64,000 nucleotides of DNA from the human T2T-CHM13v2.0 reference genome, Homo sapiens. Below are positions 45,433-58,925 of this stretch, one piece after another (positions within the stretch are counted from its first letter, which is position 1; every line of letters begins with the position of its first letter). The stretch lies in NCBI RefSeq assembly GCF_009914755.1, contig NC_060926.1; one strand, given 5' to 3'. Made by a program: the position numbers and the translations under genes. The notes under the pieces were generated by a model. It was not told the DNA's origin, did no database searches, and saw only the letters and a list, made by a program, of their open reading frames with translations.

Positions 45433-45879
45433 TCCTGAATTTTTAAATGTGGTTCTAGGACCTTCTGATGCTGAGGAGGGTCAACCTTAATTTCATAGTC
45501 ATACTTTAGAGATGGAGGGTATTTGGTAATAAAATGATCTCCAATTAGTGTAATGAAAGGTCATGACCAAAGCATCGGTGGAAAACAGCACAAGATATGG
45601 GGTAGGAAACTACATGGCATCACACCCAACAGAACACAGCCTGCCCTCTGCACACAGCAGTGCACCTCAGACTAGTTTTCAACTCTGACCAGGTGCGGCT
45701 GACTCTAAAGCCTACAGGCATTCAGGAAGCCAGATTTCACAACTTTCCCCTTGAACATAGCAGTACAGTCCAATCTAACTTTTAACTCTAACCATGGCCA
45801 TGTCTGACTCTCAGAATTCACAGACTTCCAATAGTGACCCAAAGGCATCGTGGGAGGTCATGTTTTGTAGTGATCGAGT

Positions 45880-47110
45880 GGCAGGCACCAGAGTCAGATT
45901 GCTTAAATTAGAATCTGGAGACATCCTCTTAGCAGCTACCACGTGACCTTGCGCACATTCCCTCAGGATTCCAAGCTTCATTTTGCACATTTTATTACAG
46001 TATGGATAACAACACCTACCTCTTGGGGTTGTTATAAAAGACAAAGTTGGAAAATTCATGCATTCGGCAACTGTTTTATGGGTATCAACTATGCTCCAAG
46101 TACTCTCTCAAATTCTGAACAGTGGTTTGCAAAGCAGACATGACCCATTTCCACAGGGTCTGGTACACAGTATGCATCCACTAATTCTGAGACCAAAAAG
46201 GACTTTCTCAGGAGACATATTCCTCTCTTTCTGACTAACCCACATCACATTATGGATTACCTCTAGGAAGCAGAGGGAAAGAGAAGGGGCGAGGAGGAAT
46301 GATATATGCCTGGGTAGAAGAAAGGAGTCCCCCAGAGCACAACCTTTAAGAAGAGCCAAAATCACTATCAAGGAAGAACTGAAGCCTCAGTCATGTGAAG
46401 GCCCAGAAGAGAAGGTGAGAATGGAAATGGGAGTAACTAGGCTGATAATTGCTAGAGGCAAAACAAAGGCTAATGAGTTGGAACTAAGGTTACTGACATT
46501 TTTTATTATAGCTTACGCTCAGCAATAATGATGGCAGGTTAAAGGAAAACTTATAGAATAATTTATTTTAAACACCTTGCAGCAAGGAATTTTGTCTTTT
46601 ACTTTTTGTAATACTACCAAGTACTAAAAGCATCCTTAAATTAATAATGGCCACAATGATAATCATAATGGGAACTGCCTTTCATTTAGGATTTATAATG
46701 TACTAAGCCCTGTAATAAATGTTTCACAAATCTCATTTGGTCTTTACCACAACCTTTTGGTAAGCATATATTTTCACCTTTTAAAAAAATTCATTTCAAA
46801 AAAAAGAAAAGGATTCTCACACATTTTAACTAAAACACACAAAGTCACTTAGCTAATTTGTAGTGAAGATGAGATTCAAATTCAGGTCCATGCTCCTACA
46901 CAACACTGCATCTGTAAGGAGTATAGGTGAGACAGGGTTGGTTAAGAACCAACTTAACCTCTCTAGACCTTAGTCTGTGTATAAAATGAATCTAAATTGA
47001 ATCTACCCTATGGAGTTATTCTGAATATTCAATGAGCTAATTCATGTAAAGCATTTATTGTAGTGTTTGATGCATAATAAGTGCTATAAATAGTATCTAT
47101 TACTATTATA
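45880..47110. mobile_element. cluster of MIR fragments in both orientations
   Basis: MIR motifs at ~45880-46070 (+), ~46670-46890 (-) and ~46930-47105 (+). Confidence 0.6.
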
Positions 47111-48658
47111 AGGCATACCATTCTGGCTTCCAAATGTTTGCTCTTTAAATCAATATCTGCATCTTTTGTCATAAATATTGATACTAGCTCAATTTAGATA
47201 ATAAAAACACTATAAAAAGAAATTACAACCTGATCATGATGGTAGAAACTTTCATACTCACTTTTACCTTGAAGATAATTAATTCAATGAAATTTAGTCA
47301 TGTAAGAAACCACTGCTCAAAACCACCAACATATTTAAATGTGTCAATTTTATCCCTGTATTTACGAATCAGCTTCCTGATCAATATGAAAGCCACCTCA
47401 AACATGTCTAGTGCTCCACACTTTTTAAAGGTCATTCACAGGCATCATCTTATTTGAACCTGATGACCACTGTGGGAGTAGGTTAAGCTAGTACCATTTT
47501 TATCACAAAGGAAACTACACCCTTAAAACAAGAAACTTGAAACAGAGAGTATGTTAAATAGACGATCTGATATTAACTCCAGATCTCTCAGCTCCTCATC
47601 TGCTCTTCACACCAGACTTCAGATTTGAAATTGAAAAGAACATTGCTGTCCTATTTGCAACCAATGAAAACAAGGAAATGGCACAGTTGTATACATGCAG
47701 GTGGTCAGCTTGGTTAGACTAAAATTAAGCCTTGCATTGATGAAAGCTCTCTCAAGGTACTCCAAAGGATGAAGGTGAAGCAATCAGGAGAAAGTGTATA
47801 ATTAAGAGTTCAGACTTTTCACACTTGGAGAAAATTCCTACCTACATTCAGAATAGCAATAATTTGCTAAAGGATGTGGTAACCTCAATTATTACAATCA
47901 TATTAAAATTGTGTCAGTGTGGTTGTTCCTGATAAGCACAATAACCAAAACAGAGAAAAGTCCAATTGAAAACTTACTCTTTTAAAGAATTCAATTTCGT
48001 CAACATATTTTCTTCAGACTTTTAAAACAAATTATATTTTACTAGCAGTAACAGTAAAGTTTCATAATCCTAAAACCAATTTCTATTTTCCCACATTCTC
48101 CTGTAGTCCTGTCCTTTGTACGTTGTTTTACAAGTGCTGCAAAATTTCAACTTTTAAAAACTTATTTTTATGATTTACCTTTTTAATAAATTACATGGGC
48201 TTTCACATTTCTTTGATTTTGCATATGCTGCTGTCTCTCTTTATAAAACATTCCCTCTTTTGTTCATCTGTCATGGTTCACTCGCTCCTTCAAGAAAATG
48301 TAATTGTAGAATTTTCCCTGATACTTCCTTAAAAAGTTATTGAATTCTTTGGAGTTCCATGATTTTTCTTATACATACTCAAGATATCTCAGTTATATAG
48401 CGGTAACAGGATGTGTTTTCCAATCCATATTGTGTGTTAGCTAGTTATACTGCTAATTCACTGCCCATCAGACTCTGTTGGAATGGTTTCACCCCTTTCT
48501 TTTCCTGCATTGTCAGACTGCAAGACTCAACATTCTTCCAATGCTGCCTTTTGATCACCATTATTTTTAGTATGTGATTCACATTTGTGTTTATTGTCCC
48601 AAATGTTTCGTACTTATCCACAAGTGCAAGACAAGAAATTAAAAATGCCCATAAGCAT

Positions 48659-49041
48659 TGTTAAATTATTTTAGCCTAAAGCTACTTCCTTACATATTTT
48701 AAGGTCATTCTACAGCTATCTCCCTACATACTGAACTGTACCCTAACGGGATATGTAAACAGATTGTAGCCACTCATTTGCCAATCACTGAGTTTTAACC
48801 AAGGGCAGCCAACTATTCAAACCATGTTTAACTAAGGGAAATGTTGAGTTGTAACCCATCAGCTGTTTCTATATTCCACATCTGTTTTCTGTACATCACT
48901 TTCTGTTCATAAATCTTTGACCACATAGCAACAGCAGTGCTTCCCTGAACCAATGCTTGTTCGGGGGCTGCCCAATTTGCAAATTGTCCTTTGCTCAATT
49001 AAACTCTTAAATTTAATTTGCCTTAAAGTTTACTTTTGACA
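48659..49041 (+). mobile_element. MER57 ERV1 solo LTR
   Basis: TGTTAAATTATTTTAGCCTAAAGCTACTTCCTTACATATTTTAAG...CTTTTGACA; 4-bp TSD GCAT. Confidence 0.9.
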
Positions 49042-50339
49042 GCATGTATGGCCAGAATATGAAAGTCAAAGAGAAAAGAGTGTCCAGAACCCTCTCCTAG
49101 AACTAGAAGATGCCCACTGAGAGCCACAGACACGTGTGTGCTTGGTAAAAGTGTATTAAATACATGAATGAACTAAGGAATGAATAAGTTGAAACAAACA
49201 AGGATAGCCAGGCTGAGTGGAATTGGAAGAAACATTTATCTGGAGATGTTAAATTAGTGTACACAGAAATCATCTAAATTATATTCAAGGAGATATGCCA
49301 GAATTAGAATTTAGAAAATTATTAGAAATGCTATGTCAATGTATGAAGGAAGGAACATAATGAAAAACTGGCTAGAAGCTGAAATCACAGCATGGAAGCA
49401 AGACAAATAATTGACCAACAAAGCAGGACACTGAGAGGAAGGCAAAGGCCCATTTATGCAGTGTCCCTGGGTATCAAATGAGGGGTTCTGGAACTTTGAA
49501 ATGTGCATGCAAGGCTACAAAGGAGGAATTGAATGTATTTCCCATCCCTGCTCTACATTGTTTCTGAAGATGGACTTTCTAGGTCTCTAACTCCTAGGAA
49601 TTTAAACTTTTAAACATTAAAATCATATGTGGCCATGATGGGAAGATTTGGAAATTGCCAGCAATTTAATCTTACCCATCCTAAGATCCATCTCCATTAG
49701 CTCAGATTATGGCCAGTTTTCTAAATATGTGTGCTTCATATACACTTCTCAGAAAATGGTTCTTTCTACCAAAAATATTGCTAATGCAGAGAGTGCCCAT
49801 TCCAGTTTGCTCAGGACTGTCCTGCTGTGTGCCTGTTGCCCCAATGTCCCATACTATCTGCGCTCTCCATTTCCTTATATCATTACTAATAACTATGTTA
49901 AAATAAGGCAGAATGGGTTTGATAGACCTCCCCTTCGTAGCACCAACTCCCACCATGATCTCATCTGGTAGTGTACAAACAGATTTCTGACTTGAATACA
50001 TGCTGAAATCTAAGAGATGATTTTCCATACCCATATTTTCTTTCCTGCCCCTTTCACACACAATTTAACCAATAGCTCACTTGGAAAGACATTGCCCAGG
50101 GTGCTCAGTGATTACAGCACACCGTGCTTAGACACTAGCAACCAGGAACAGCTAACTCCTTCCAGTCTTGAGTGTAAAATATGTACAGGGAAGGGAGGCT
50201 GGGCACTCCTGTTGCAGAACATATAAAGAGTAGTTAGCCACAAAGGTTTTGTCATTTGTTATATGATGCCATTCTACAATGTTTACGTATTTTATATTTT
50301 TGGGTTTTCTTTCTGTTTTTCAATAAACACTGCTGGTGC

Positions 50340-51900
50340 AGTAACTGAAAATGTACATTCTTAAATTGCTGAACTGGTTATCAGAAATTTGACCTATTTC
50401 AAAACCTGTTTAAAAAGTTGATGGTGAAAGTATAACTTGCACAAAACATGTGTTGACATTTATCCACAGTAGGGGAAGGGGCAGGTAGTGATATCATTGA
50501 GTACAAGAAAACTAAAAACACAAACGTATGAGAAGCAGTGTCTTCTAACTCAAAAGCTACTAGTTACTTGAAAAAGACTGTATCTCAAGACAACTATTTA
50601 ACATATACAGAAGCAGACGTGCATTTACATATCACTCTGTGAAGCATGACTTTTCACCTAGATCAACTAATTACTCCACTAAATTAATTTTGCTCATTTT
50701 CAATTTCAAATATACTTGGCATATGTGAAAATTAACACCAAAAGTAGAAAAATTGCATTCAAACAAGACAATGATGCCTGTGTTATATCCATGCCATCAG
50801 CGCTGTAATGAAAAAATCGGTAATTTCAGTAATCATCCTATTTTTAATTTAAGTTTTAGAAGCAAAGCAAAGTTTTGGAAGTTCACTCTATAGAAGAAGT
50901 AATGTTCAACATTATTGCAAATGCTATTGTAATCTGGGTTAAGGTGTTCAAACTTGAAGATAAAATTACCTATTTTGGAGTGATAAGAATACAAATTTTG
51001 GTAGAGAACACTGCTGTAGAAAAAAGTACATCCCTACTTGAAGAAATCTATGGAGCAAAATAATGTACTTGTGATTAGTTATGGTACACAAATATTATAA
51101 TTCATAATCATATTCAAACTATAATATTCCACTAATTAGTGCATATAGGTAGTCAGAGTGACTGAACTGCAAAATGTCTGTGGTGGAATTAATGTTGAAT
51201 ATCCTAAAATATTTCCGTACATACTTTATCTTTTTGCCATCTAATATCAATTGGATTTTAGAAATGTTTGAGCTTCTGAAGCACTGCTTTGTAAATTAAC
51301 CTAAGTGACCCAGAGTGATATTGAATTTTTTGCTAACAAATTTTCTGAACTTTGTTTGCATTTTGTTAAGTATTAATTGGAAATTCTTAAGCAAATTATT
51401 CAGCAAACCATACACAGAAATCTTCAGTTTTTGAAGCTTCTTGTGTAACGAAGGTTTTTTAATGCTGCAACAGGAAGACATTGAAATTTACCCCCTACTG
51501 ATGTTAGAAATGGATCAACAAATTAAATAATGAAAGCTCAAATGGTGAACAAGATTTTCTCTTGAAATTATGTAATTGAACTATCTCCATGTGTAGATGA
51601 AACTTTTGATGCAGCTTCTATTTTTAGTTGAAAGGAATAAAATTTTGCAACATTAAAAGTATAATAATTTAATTGATGTTTTGTCTTATAAAATGTTTAT
51701 AGAAAGTCTGAATTTTAAAAAGGCAGTACTTGTGAACATGTTTGAGTTAAAATGTTTACACATTTCAAAACTGATGACATGTAACGTAGAATATCCCCTA
51801 TTTAGCAGGTTTTGTACTAAGCTTACTAATTACACTGGCACCTTACAAATTGTATTTTCTCGATTAATAGTATTATAGCCTCCAGAAAAAAAGTCAAGAA
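50340..51900 (+). mobile_element. BLACKJACK-like hAT transposase pseudogene fragment
   Basis: ATCACTCTGTGAAGCATGACTTTTC and TTGGATTTTAGAAATGTTTGAG; ORF-track peptide EVHSIEEVMFNIIANAIVIWVKVFKLEDKITYFG resembles a hAT transposase segment. Confidence 0.75.
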
Positions 51901-51929
51901 AGGTGTCAACAATTTCAAATGTATTAACC

Positions 51930-52070
51930 ATATGACCTAGGTGTATAGTGGGCTACACTATCTATGTGTAAGTACACTCTATGTTGTTTACAGATGATGA
52001 AATTGCCCAATGACACATTTCTCAGAACATATCTCCATCACTGTTAAAAGGAGTTAATGATGTATGACTG
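51930..52070 (-). mobile_element. Tigger3-type terminal fragment
   Basis: TGTGTAAGTACACTCTATG...ATTTCTCAGAACATATC...ATGACTGTA, reverse of the element end at 24295. Confidence 0.7.
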
Positions 52071-52196
52071 TATAGCTAAAAACTGATTAAAGCATGAGGA
52101 TATACATCAATAATAATTATTAGAATATACCTAAGGCCATTTAATGTTTCATCTTTATATTTATTCTAAGACTCCAGGAAAGTTATTTCCCTTAAA

Positions 52197-52501
52197 GGCC
52201 CGGCATGGTAGCTCACACCTGTAATCTCAGCACTTTGGGAGGCCAACGCAGGAGGAATGCTTCAGCCCAGGAGTTCAAGACCCGCCTGGGAAACATAGTG
52301 AGATCTCATCTCTACAAAAAGAATTTCAAATGTTAGCGGGGCCTGGTGGCACGTGCCCATAGTCCCAGCTAACTCAGGAGGCTGAGGTGGGAGGACTACT
52401 TGAACCCAGGAGATCAAGGTTGCGGTGAGTCGTGATTGCTCCACTGCACTCCAGCCTGGGTGACAAAGGGAGACCCTCTCTTTAAAAAAAAAAAAAAAAA
52501 A
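52197..52501 (+). mobile_element. AluJ
   Basis: Full dimer, GCTTCAGCCCAGGAGTTCAAG, poly(A). Confidence 0.9.
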
Positions 52502-54011
52502 GTGTTCTTACTATCCCTGGAAATATTTCCCTAAATAGCAACACATGTATGTTCAGAGTCATGTGTAAATTCTGCCCAGATATCTTTTTAGTCAGTTTAC
52601 GACACACTCCCACTTTTAGGTCATGCAGAATTTTTAAAAATTTTATTTTTAAACAATTTTTTTATTTATTTCTGATCCCCACTTCCAACCCCTCATATAT
52701 TCCAACCCAATATATAAGCTTTCATGTCATTGTATAGGTACGTTTTCTTAAGAAATGCATAATGCATATGGATCTCATTTGGTTTCTTACTTTTCTTGCT
52801 CAGTACTGCTTTTGAATGTATTTATATTGTTATATGTGTATCTAGATGACAAAATATTCTTGCAAGGTAATCGATAGTTTGCATTCATCTTATTTTACAA
52901 ATCCATTCCCCTCGTAATATCAACATGGGTTGCCTCCAATTCCCTGTTGCCACCAAAAGTGCTGTAATGAAAATCTTCAAACACATCCCTTCAGGGACCT
53001 GTGGGAGCTACTCCGAAGTGGGATTGCTGGGCCCTTGACTATCTAAAGTCCAATTTTTCCTGTCATTTTGCACCACACAATTACTATATAATTTTATCCT
53101 CTTGTCAGCTGTGTGTGAGGGTTCTGTTGCTTCCTCCACATTCTCACAGTATTTGAAATTATCCACCTTTTGGGGCTTAAGCGGTCTGATGAAGGTAAAG
53201 TGGTATTTTATTTTTTATTTTGATTTGCATTTCTTTGATTGCTAATATGGTTGAGCATCTGCTGTGTTCATATTATCATTACAGATTTCTCCCTCAGTAA
53301 CACACTGACTCATATCCTATACTTATTTTCTCCAGTGGGTTTTCCATCTTTTTCTTGTTAATTTGCAGGCATTCCTTGTATTTTCTAGATGTTATTTTCA
53401 GATAATGCAAATGTCGTCTCCCAGAGTGTTATCCATCTGTTAGCAGTATTTATGGTGCCTTCTGTTAAACAGAAATCCTTTAATATAGTCAAGCCTATAA
53501 ATCTTCTACTTTGTGGTTTGTGCTTTGAGGGTCTTTCCAATATTATTGGAAATTGTCTCAAATTTTCTTCTCTTAATTTTATAGTTTTACCTCTTGAATA
53601 TGGGCTTTAATCTCTGTGTAATTTATCTTAGTATATGATATAAGTATGGATCCAGCTTCATTTTTTTTTTTATATTGTGTGAGACCATTTTCCCAACCCA
53701 ACCTACTCCGGACTTGTGGTATCACATATGTCATACATGAAGTCTCCAGGTACATGTGAATCTATTGTTATAATCTCTGTTTTTTTCCAATTGATGTATT
53801 TGTTTATCTCTGCACTAGTACTACACTTTTTAAAATCACAATAATGTATAGCATGGCTTCATATCTGCTATAGCAAGGCCCATGTTTGCTCTTCTCTTTC
53901 AAAGTCAACCCAGCTACTTATGAACTTTTATTTTCTCATGAAAGTTTAGAATGTTTGTTGAGTTATTCAAAAATTCCTTTTGAAATTTTTACTGGAATTG
54001 TATTGAATTTG

Positions 54012-54372
54012 TAATATGATTGGCTTTGTGTCCCCACCCAAAGCTCATCTTCAGTTGTAATCCCCAGGTGTGATTAACCTGGCGGGAGGCCATTGAATCA
54101 TGGGGGCAGTTTCCTCCATGCTTTTCTTGTGGTAGTGAGAGAGTTCTTGCAAGATCTGATGGTTTTATAATTGTTTGGTAGTTCCTCTCTTGCTGGCGGC
54201 TTTAGCTTTCCTGCCACCTTGTGAAGAAAGTGTCTGCTTTCCCTTCCGCCATGATTGTAAGTTTCCTGAGGCCTCCCCAGCTACGTGGAACGGAGTCAAT
54301 TAAACCTCTTTTATTTATAAATTACCGTTTTCAGGTGGTATCTTTATAGCAGTGTTAAAATAGACTACTACA
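54012..54372 (+). mobile_element. THE1D-like MaLR solo LTR
   Basis: ATATGATTGGCTTTGTGTCCCCACCCAAA...GACTACTACA; perfect 5-bp TSD ATTTG. Confidence 0.9.
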
Positions 54373-55271
54373 ATTTGAAAATGAATTTTGGGAGACAATG
54401 CTTTTATAAGGTTAGGTTGTTCCATCACAAATAAAGTATAAATATTTATTTATTCAGGTCTTATTAAACACTCCCAGATTTTTATCTGCAAAGACAATTA
54501 TAAATTCGGTTATTGCTGTTTTGTTCTCTATTTCAGAATGGTATTTTGTGAAGATAATGTTTGCCGGGATGGAAGAGATGCCACTGATTATACTTAATAG
54601 ATTTTGGATCTGGTATCCTTTCAGAGTGTTCTTCTTTGTTCTAATAGTGTCTGCAGAAGATACTGTGTTATCTATGTAGATGAACTTATCACCTTTAAGG
54701 AACAAAGTTTGTCTTTTCTCTTTCAATCTTTTCCCTTTTATTTTTTTCATCTCTTACTTATGTATCTAGGAATTTATACTCTGTTAAATACCATGGTGAT
54801 AATAGGCAATTCTATCTTGTTCTTGATCTAATCTTAAAAGCAACATATCATGTTTCTCCATCATGTAAGATGTTTGTATAGAGACTTCGTGAAGTGAAGG
54901 AAATTACTTTCTGGTTACAGTTTTCTAAGTGTTTTTTAATCACAAATAAGTATCCAGCTTTATTAAATGCTACGTTTTGTTTTTCACCTCTTAAGAAATT
55001 ACACTTTTTTTCTTTAGTCCATTAATGTAGTATATTGATACTACATTACAGTATCCATATACCATATGATGAGTATAATGTGTATAGCATATGAGTATGA
55101 TGAGTATATTGTAAGATTCTCTCAAGGGTAGAACCTCACAATACCATATTCACAATATGAAATGGGTATGGATCCAATTTCTTTTTCTATATTGTATGAG
55201 ATCATTCTCCCAACCCAACCTACTCCTGATTTATAGTATCACATGTATGACATGTGTATATTGTGTCACAT

Positions 55272-55461
55272 GTATGTGTGAATATACATACTCACACATG
55301 AGTATGTGTGAATATACATACTCACACATGAGTATGTGTGAATATACATACTCACACATGAGTATGTGTGAATATACATACTCACACATGAGTATGTGTG
55401 AATATACATACTCACACATGAGTATGTGTGAATATACATACTCACACATGAGTATGTGTGA
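55272..55461. repeat. 30-bp minisatellite, ~6.3 identical copies
   Basis: Unit CTCACACATGAGTATGTGTGAATATACATA; five full copies at 55291-55440 plus partial copies on both sides. Confidence 0.97.
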
Positions 55462-56036
55462 CTGTATTGTGAGGTTCCCCTAAGGATGAAGCATTCTAAT
55501 ATTCCTAAAATCAACCTGAAGTATTTTTTAATATGATGCTGAATTCAGTTAGCTCATATTTCATTTTAGACTCAGATAGTTTACAAAATAGTGCTTCCCA
55601 ATGTACCGAAGGCAAAAAGCAAATACAAAATTCATGTAAGCATGCATGATTTAGAGGCTGACCAAGTGGTAATCATGAGAGAAAAGTACTAGAACACAAC
55701 CAATTTCCTTTCTTCCATGTTTTCTTTCTACCATGTGAGCAATTCTGCCACCTACCCTGCATCCAGGGAAACTTCCTCTTAAATATTTAAGCAGCAACTG
55801 TTGAAAATAAAATAAAATTAGCACCTGCTAAGGAATAAACAAATAGATTCTAAGCATTGTTTCACCACTCCAAAAGTTAAAAAAGAAAATCTCAAACTAA
55901 AAGCACATTTGAACTAATGCTGTGATGCCTACAGGCAGTCCTATCAGAAACCTGGTGGTGAGACTGTTTCCACTCTTAATGATCTATTGGCTCAAGATTG
56001 TGGAGTGGGGTGGGGGATGCAGTACAGAAAGGAATT

Positions 56037-56537
56037 AATCATGCTGCTATAAAGACACACGCACACGTATGTTTACTGCGGCACTATTCACAATAGCAAA
56101 GACTTGGAACCAACCCAATGTCCAACAATGATACACTGGATTAAGAAAATGTGGCACATATACACCATGGAATACTATGCAGCCATAAAAAATGATGAGT
56201 TCATGTCCTTTGTACGGACATGGATGAAATTGGAAATCATCATTCTCAGTAAACTATCGCAAGAACAAAAAACCAAACACCACATATTCTCACTCATAGG
56301 TGGGAATTGAACAATGAGAACACATGGACACAGGAAGGGGAACATCACACTCTGAGGACTGTTATGGGGTGGGGAGAGGGGGGAGGGATAGCATTAGGAG
56401 ATATACCTAATGCTAGATGACGAGTTAATGGGTGCAGTGCACCAGCATGGCACATGTATACATATGTAACTAACCTGCACATTGTGCACATGTACCCTAA
56501 AACTTAAAGTATAATAATAATAAAAAATAAAATTCAA
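56037..56537 (+). mobile_element. 5'-truncated L1PA3-like 3' end
   Basis: L1 ORF2 end and 3'UTR (GATGACGAGTTAATGGG), A-tail, near-TSD AAA(G/A)GAATTAA. Confidence 0.92.
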
Positions 56538-57045
56538 AAAAGAATTAAAAGAGGAGTCTATTAGAAACATTTCAGCCTTGCACCTACCACCATCCTCTTT
56601 GACAAGAGGCGTAAATTGCTCCAGCTGGAATATGACTTTGCAAATAAAAACAGTATCATCAGTCATTGGAAGACAAACCTCAGCAAATGTACATTGAGTG
56701 ACTGCCATGTGTAGAACACACATGAGATGCTTATGCTATAAAAAAGCATCTACTGAATAACTTCAGTAATGAGTTGCTGTTGAAATTTCTGGTGAGGTTT
56801 AAGCAAAAATCAGGAAACCATGACTGAGGCTGCAGAGAATCCTCATTCTCTTTGAGCAAGCTTTCCGTCATACACTGTAATAAAGTTTGATGTGAAAGGA
56901 AACCTCCAAGCAATAATTAATTAATGGTTTAATCAATTCACTTATATTTATTGAGCCCCTGATAAGTGCTGATCACTGAGACTATAAAGATGACACATAG
57001 TTCCTAATTCTTACTTTTATGAAATGTACAGTAGAGTGGAGGGAC

Positions 57046-57550
57046 TAATATGGTTTGGATCTCTATCCCTGCCCAAATCTCATGTTGAATTTTAATCTCC
57101 CATGTTGGAGGTGGGACCTGGTGGGAGGTGACTGGATCATGGGGCAGATTTGCCCCTTGGTTCTGTTCTTGTGACAGTGAGTGAATTTTTGTGAGATCTG
57201 ATTGTTTAAAAGTGTGTGGTACCTTCCCTGCCTTCTCTTTCTTCTGCTCTGGCCATGTGAAGTGCTGGCTCCCCCTTCACCTTCCACCATGATTCTAAGT
57301 TTCCTGAGGCCTTCTCAGAAGCCAAGCAGATGCCGTCATGTTTCCTGTACAGCCTGCAGAATCATGAGCCAATTAAACCTGTTTTTTTTAAAGTAAACTG
57401 TTCAGTCTCAGGCATTTCTTTATAGCACCTGTGAGAACTGACTAATACAGAAAATTGGTATTGAGAAGTGGGGCATTGCTATAAAGATACCTGAAAATGT
57501 GGAAGCAGCTTTGGAAATGGGTATAACAGACAGAGGTTGGGAGAGTATGG
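57046..57550 (+). mobile_element. MSTA-like LTR plus the first ~100 bp of internal sequence
   Basis: LTR 57046-57449, then AATTGGTATTGAGAAGTGGGGCATTGCTATAAAGATACC, matching the internal start at 40846. Confidence 0.85.
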
Positions 57551-58205
57551 AACTGAAATCAGTATGTCCAACAGATATCTTCCCTCCTATATGCATTGCA
57601 GCCTTATTCACAATAGCTAAAATGGGTAAAAAACCTACATGTTCATCGATAGATGAATGGATAAAGAAAATGTGGCATGTATACACAATAGAAGACTATT
57701 TGACTATTTAACCTTAAAAAAGAACGAAATGCTGTCATTTGCAACAACATTAATGAACCTGAAGCACATTAACTGAAGTGAAATAAGTCAGGCACAGGAA
57801 GACAAATACTGCATAATCTCACTTATATGTGGTATCTTAAAACACGCATTCATAGAAGCAGACAGTAGAATGGTATTTACCAGGGGCTAGGGAGAGGGAG
57901 TGGCTAATGAAGAGAGATATTGGTCAAAGGGTACAAAGTGTCAATTAGAAAGGATAAATAAGTTTCAGAGATGTATTGTACAGCATGATGACTATAGTTA
58001 ACAATTATACTTAAAAATTGTGAAGAAAGTAGATCTCAAATTTTTCTCACAACAGAAAAAAAAAGATGAGTATGTGAAGTGATGGTTATGTTAATTAGCT
58101 TGATTTAATCATTTCACCATGTATGCATACATCAAAATATTACATTGTATAGCACAAAGATATACAATTTTGTTTGTCAATTATACATTAACAGATCTGG
58201 GGGAA
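57551..58205 (+). mobile_element. L1MA 3' end
   Basis: GCAGCCTTATTCACAATAGC...GATGGTTATGTTAATTAGCTTGATTTAATCATT. Confidence 0.85.
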
Positions 58206-58499
58206 ATTTTTAAATAAATGAGTAAATGAAGACTCTCTACATGTGTGTGCATGTATAACGGTAAGGATGCAGAAAGTTCCAGGTAGAAGAAATATAACAT
58301 GTAAAGTCTCAAAGGAAAAGGAGAAAGAGAGCTCACATGTGTTTGGGCAACTGTTAGTCATTATGTATGAATGAGGCATAAAGTACTTTATAAGACTCAA
58401 GAATTAAGGAAGAGCCTGTATAACAGGCTGCAGAAATTGGTCTTTTCCTGAAGGCAAAGGGGTGTCATTGAAGAAGATTAAGCATAAGGATGACATTAG

Positions 58500-58925
58500 C
58501 TGCAAGACTGCCTTCCATGACATTGAGCTTCTCATGAAGTCCATCACCCTAAAAAGAAACCCATCAGCTTCCTCCAGTTCAAGAAATGGCCAGCAACCAA
58601 AAACCCTCCACCCATATTGGACAGTCCTTCCTTTTTTGAAATCCCCAAACTGCTAGCTTGCCCTCTTGTAGCCAAACAAAGACTGCCAAATGTACTGAAG
58701 ACAAATTGGAAGCCTCTCCTGCTTCCAAAAACTTCCAAAGTCACAAAACATGTAACATTTAGAGACTGACTCAGTGTTTCCTCTTTTATCCTATAAAACT
58801 GATTTTACGTTCTATGCCTTTGGAACTGCTGAAACAAAAGAGACAATAGATGGGTTTCCTTACAAGAAGTTTATGAACAAACAACCTGGGTTAATTTTAT
58901 CTTGAACTTAGTTTTGTCTTTGACA
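58500..58925 (+). mobile_element. probable ERV1-type solo LTR inside L2
   Basis: TATAAAA box and terminal TTTTGTCTTTGACA; family unassigned. Confidence 0.35.

Larger units (their letters stand above)
52750..55570 (-). mobile_element. old L1M(E) antisense region with nested insertions
   Basis: GGTAAAGTGGTATTTTA...TTTGCATTTCTTTGATT, TGGAATTGTATTGAATTTG and similar motifs. Confidence 0.65.

Noticed and set aside
55272-55461. Regular ~30-bp palindromic repeats resembling a CRISPR array; repetitive ORFs (MCEYTYSHMS)n
   Set aside because: Head-to-tail identical units with no spacers, no cas genes and a primate context; the ORFs are only translations of the VNTR
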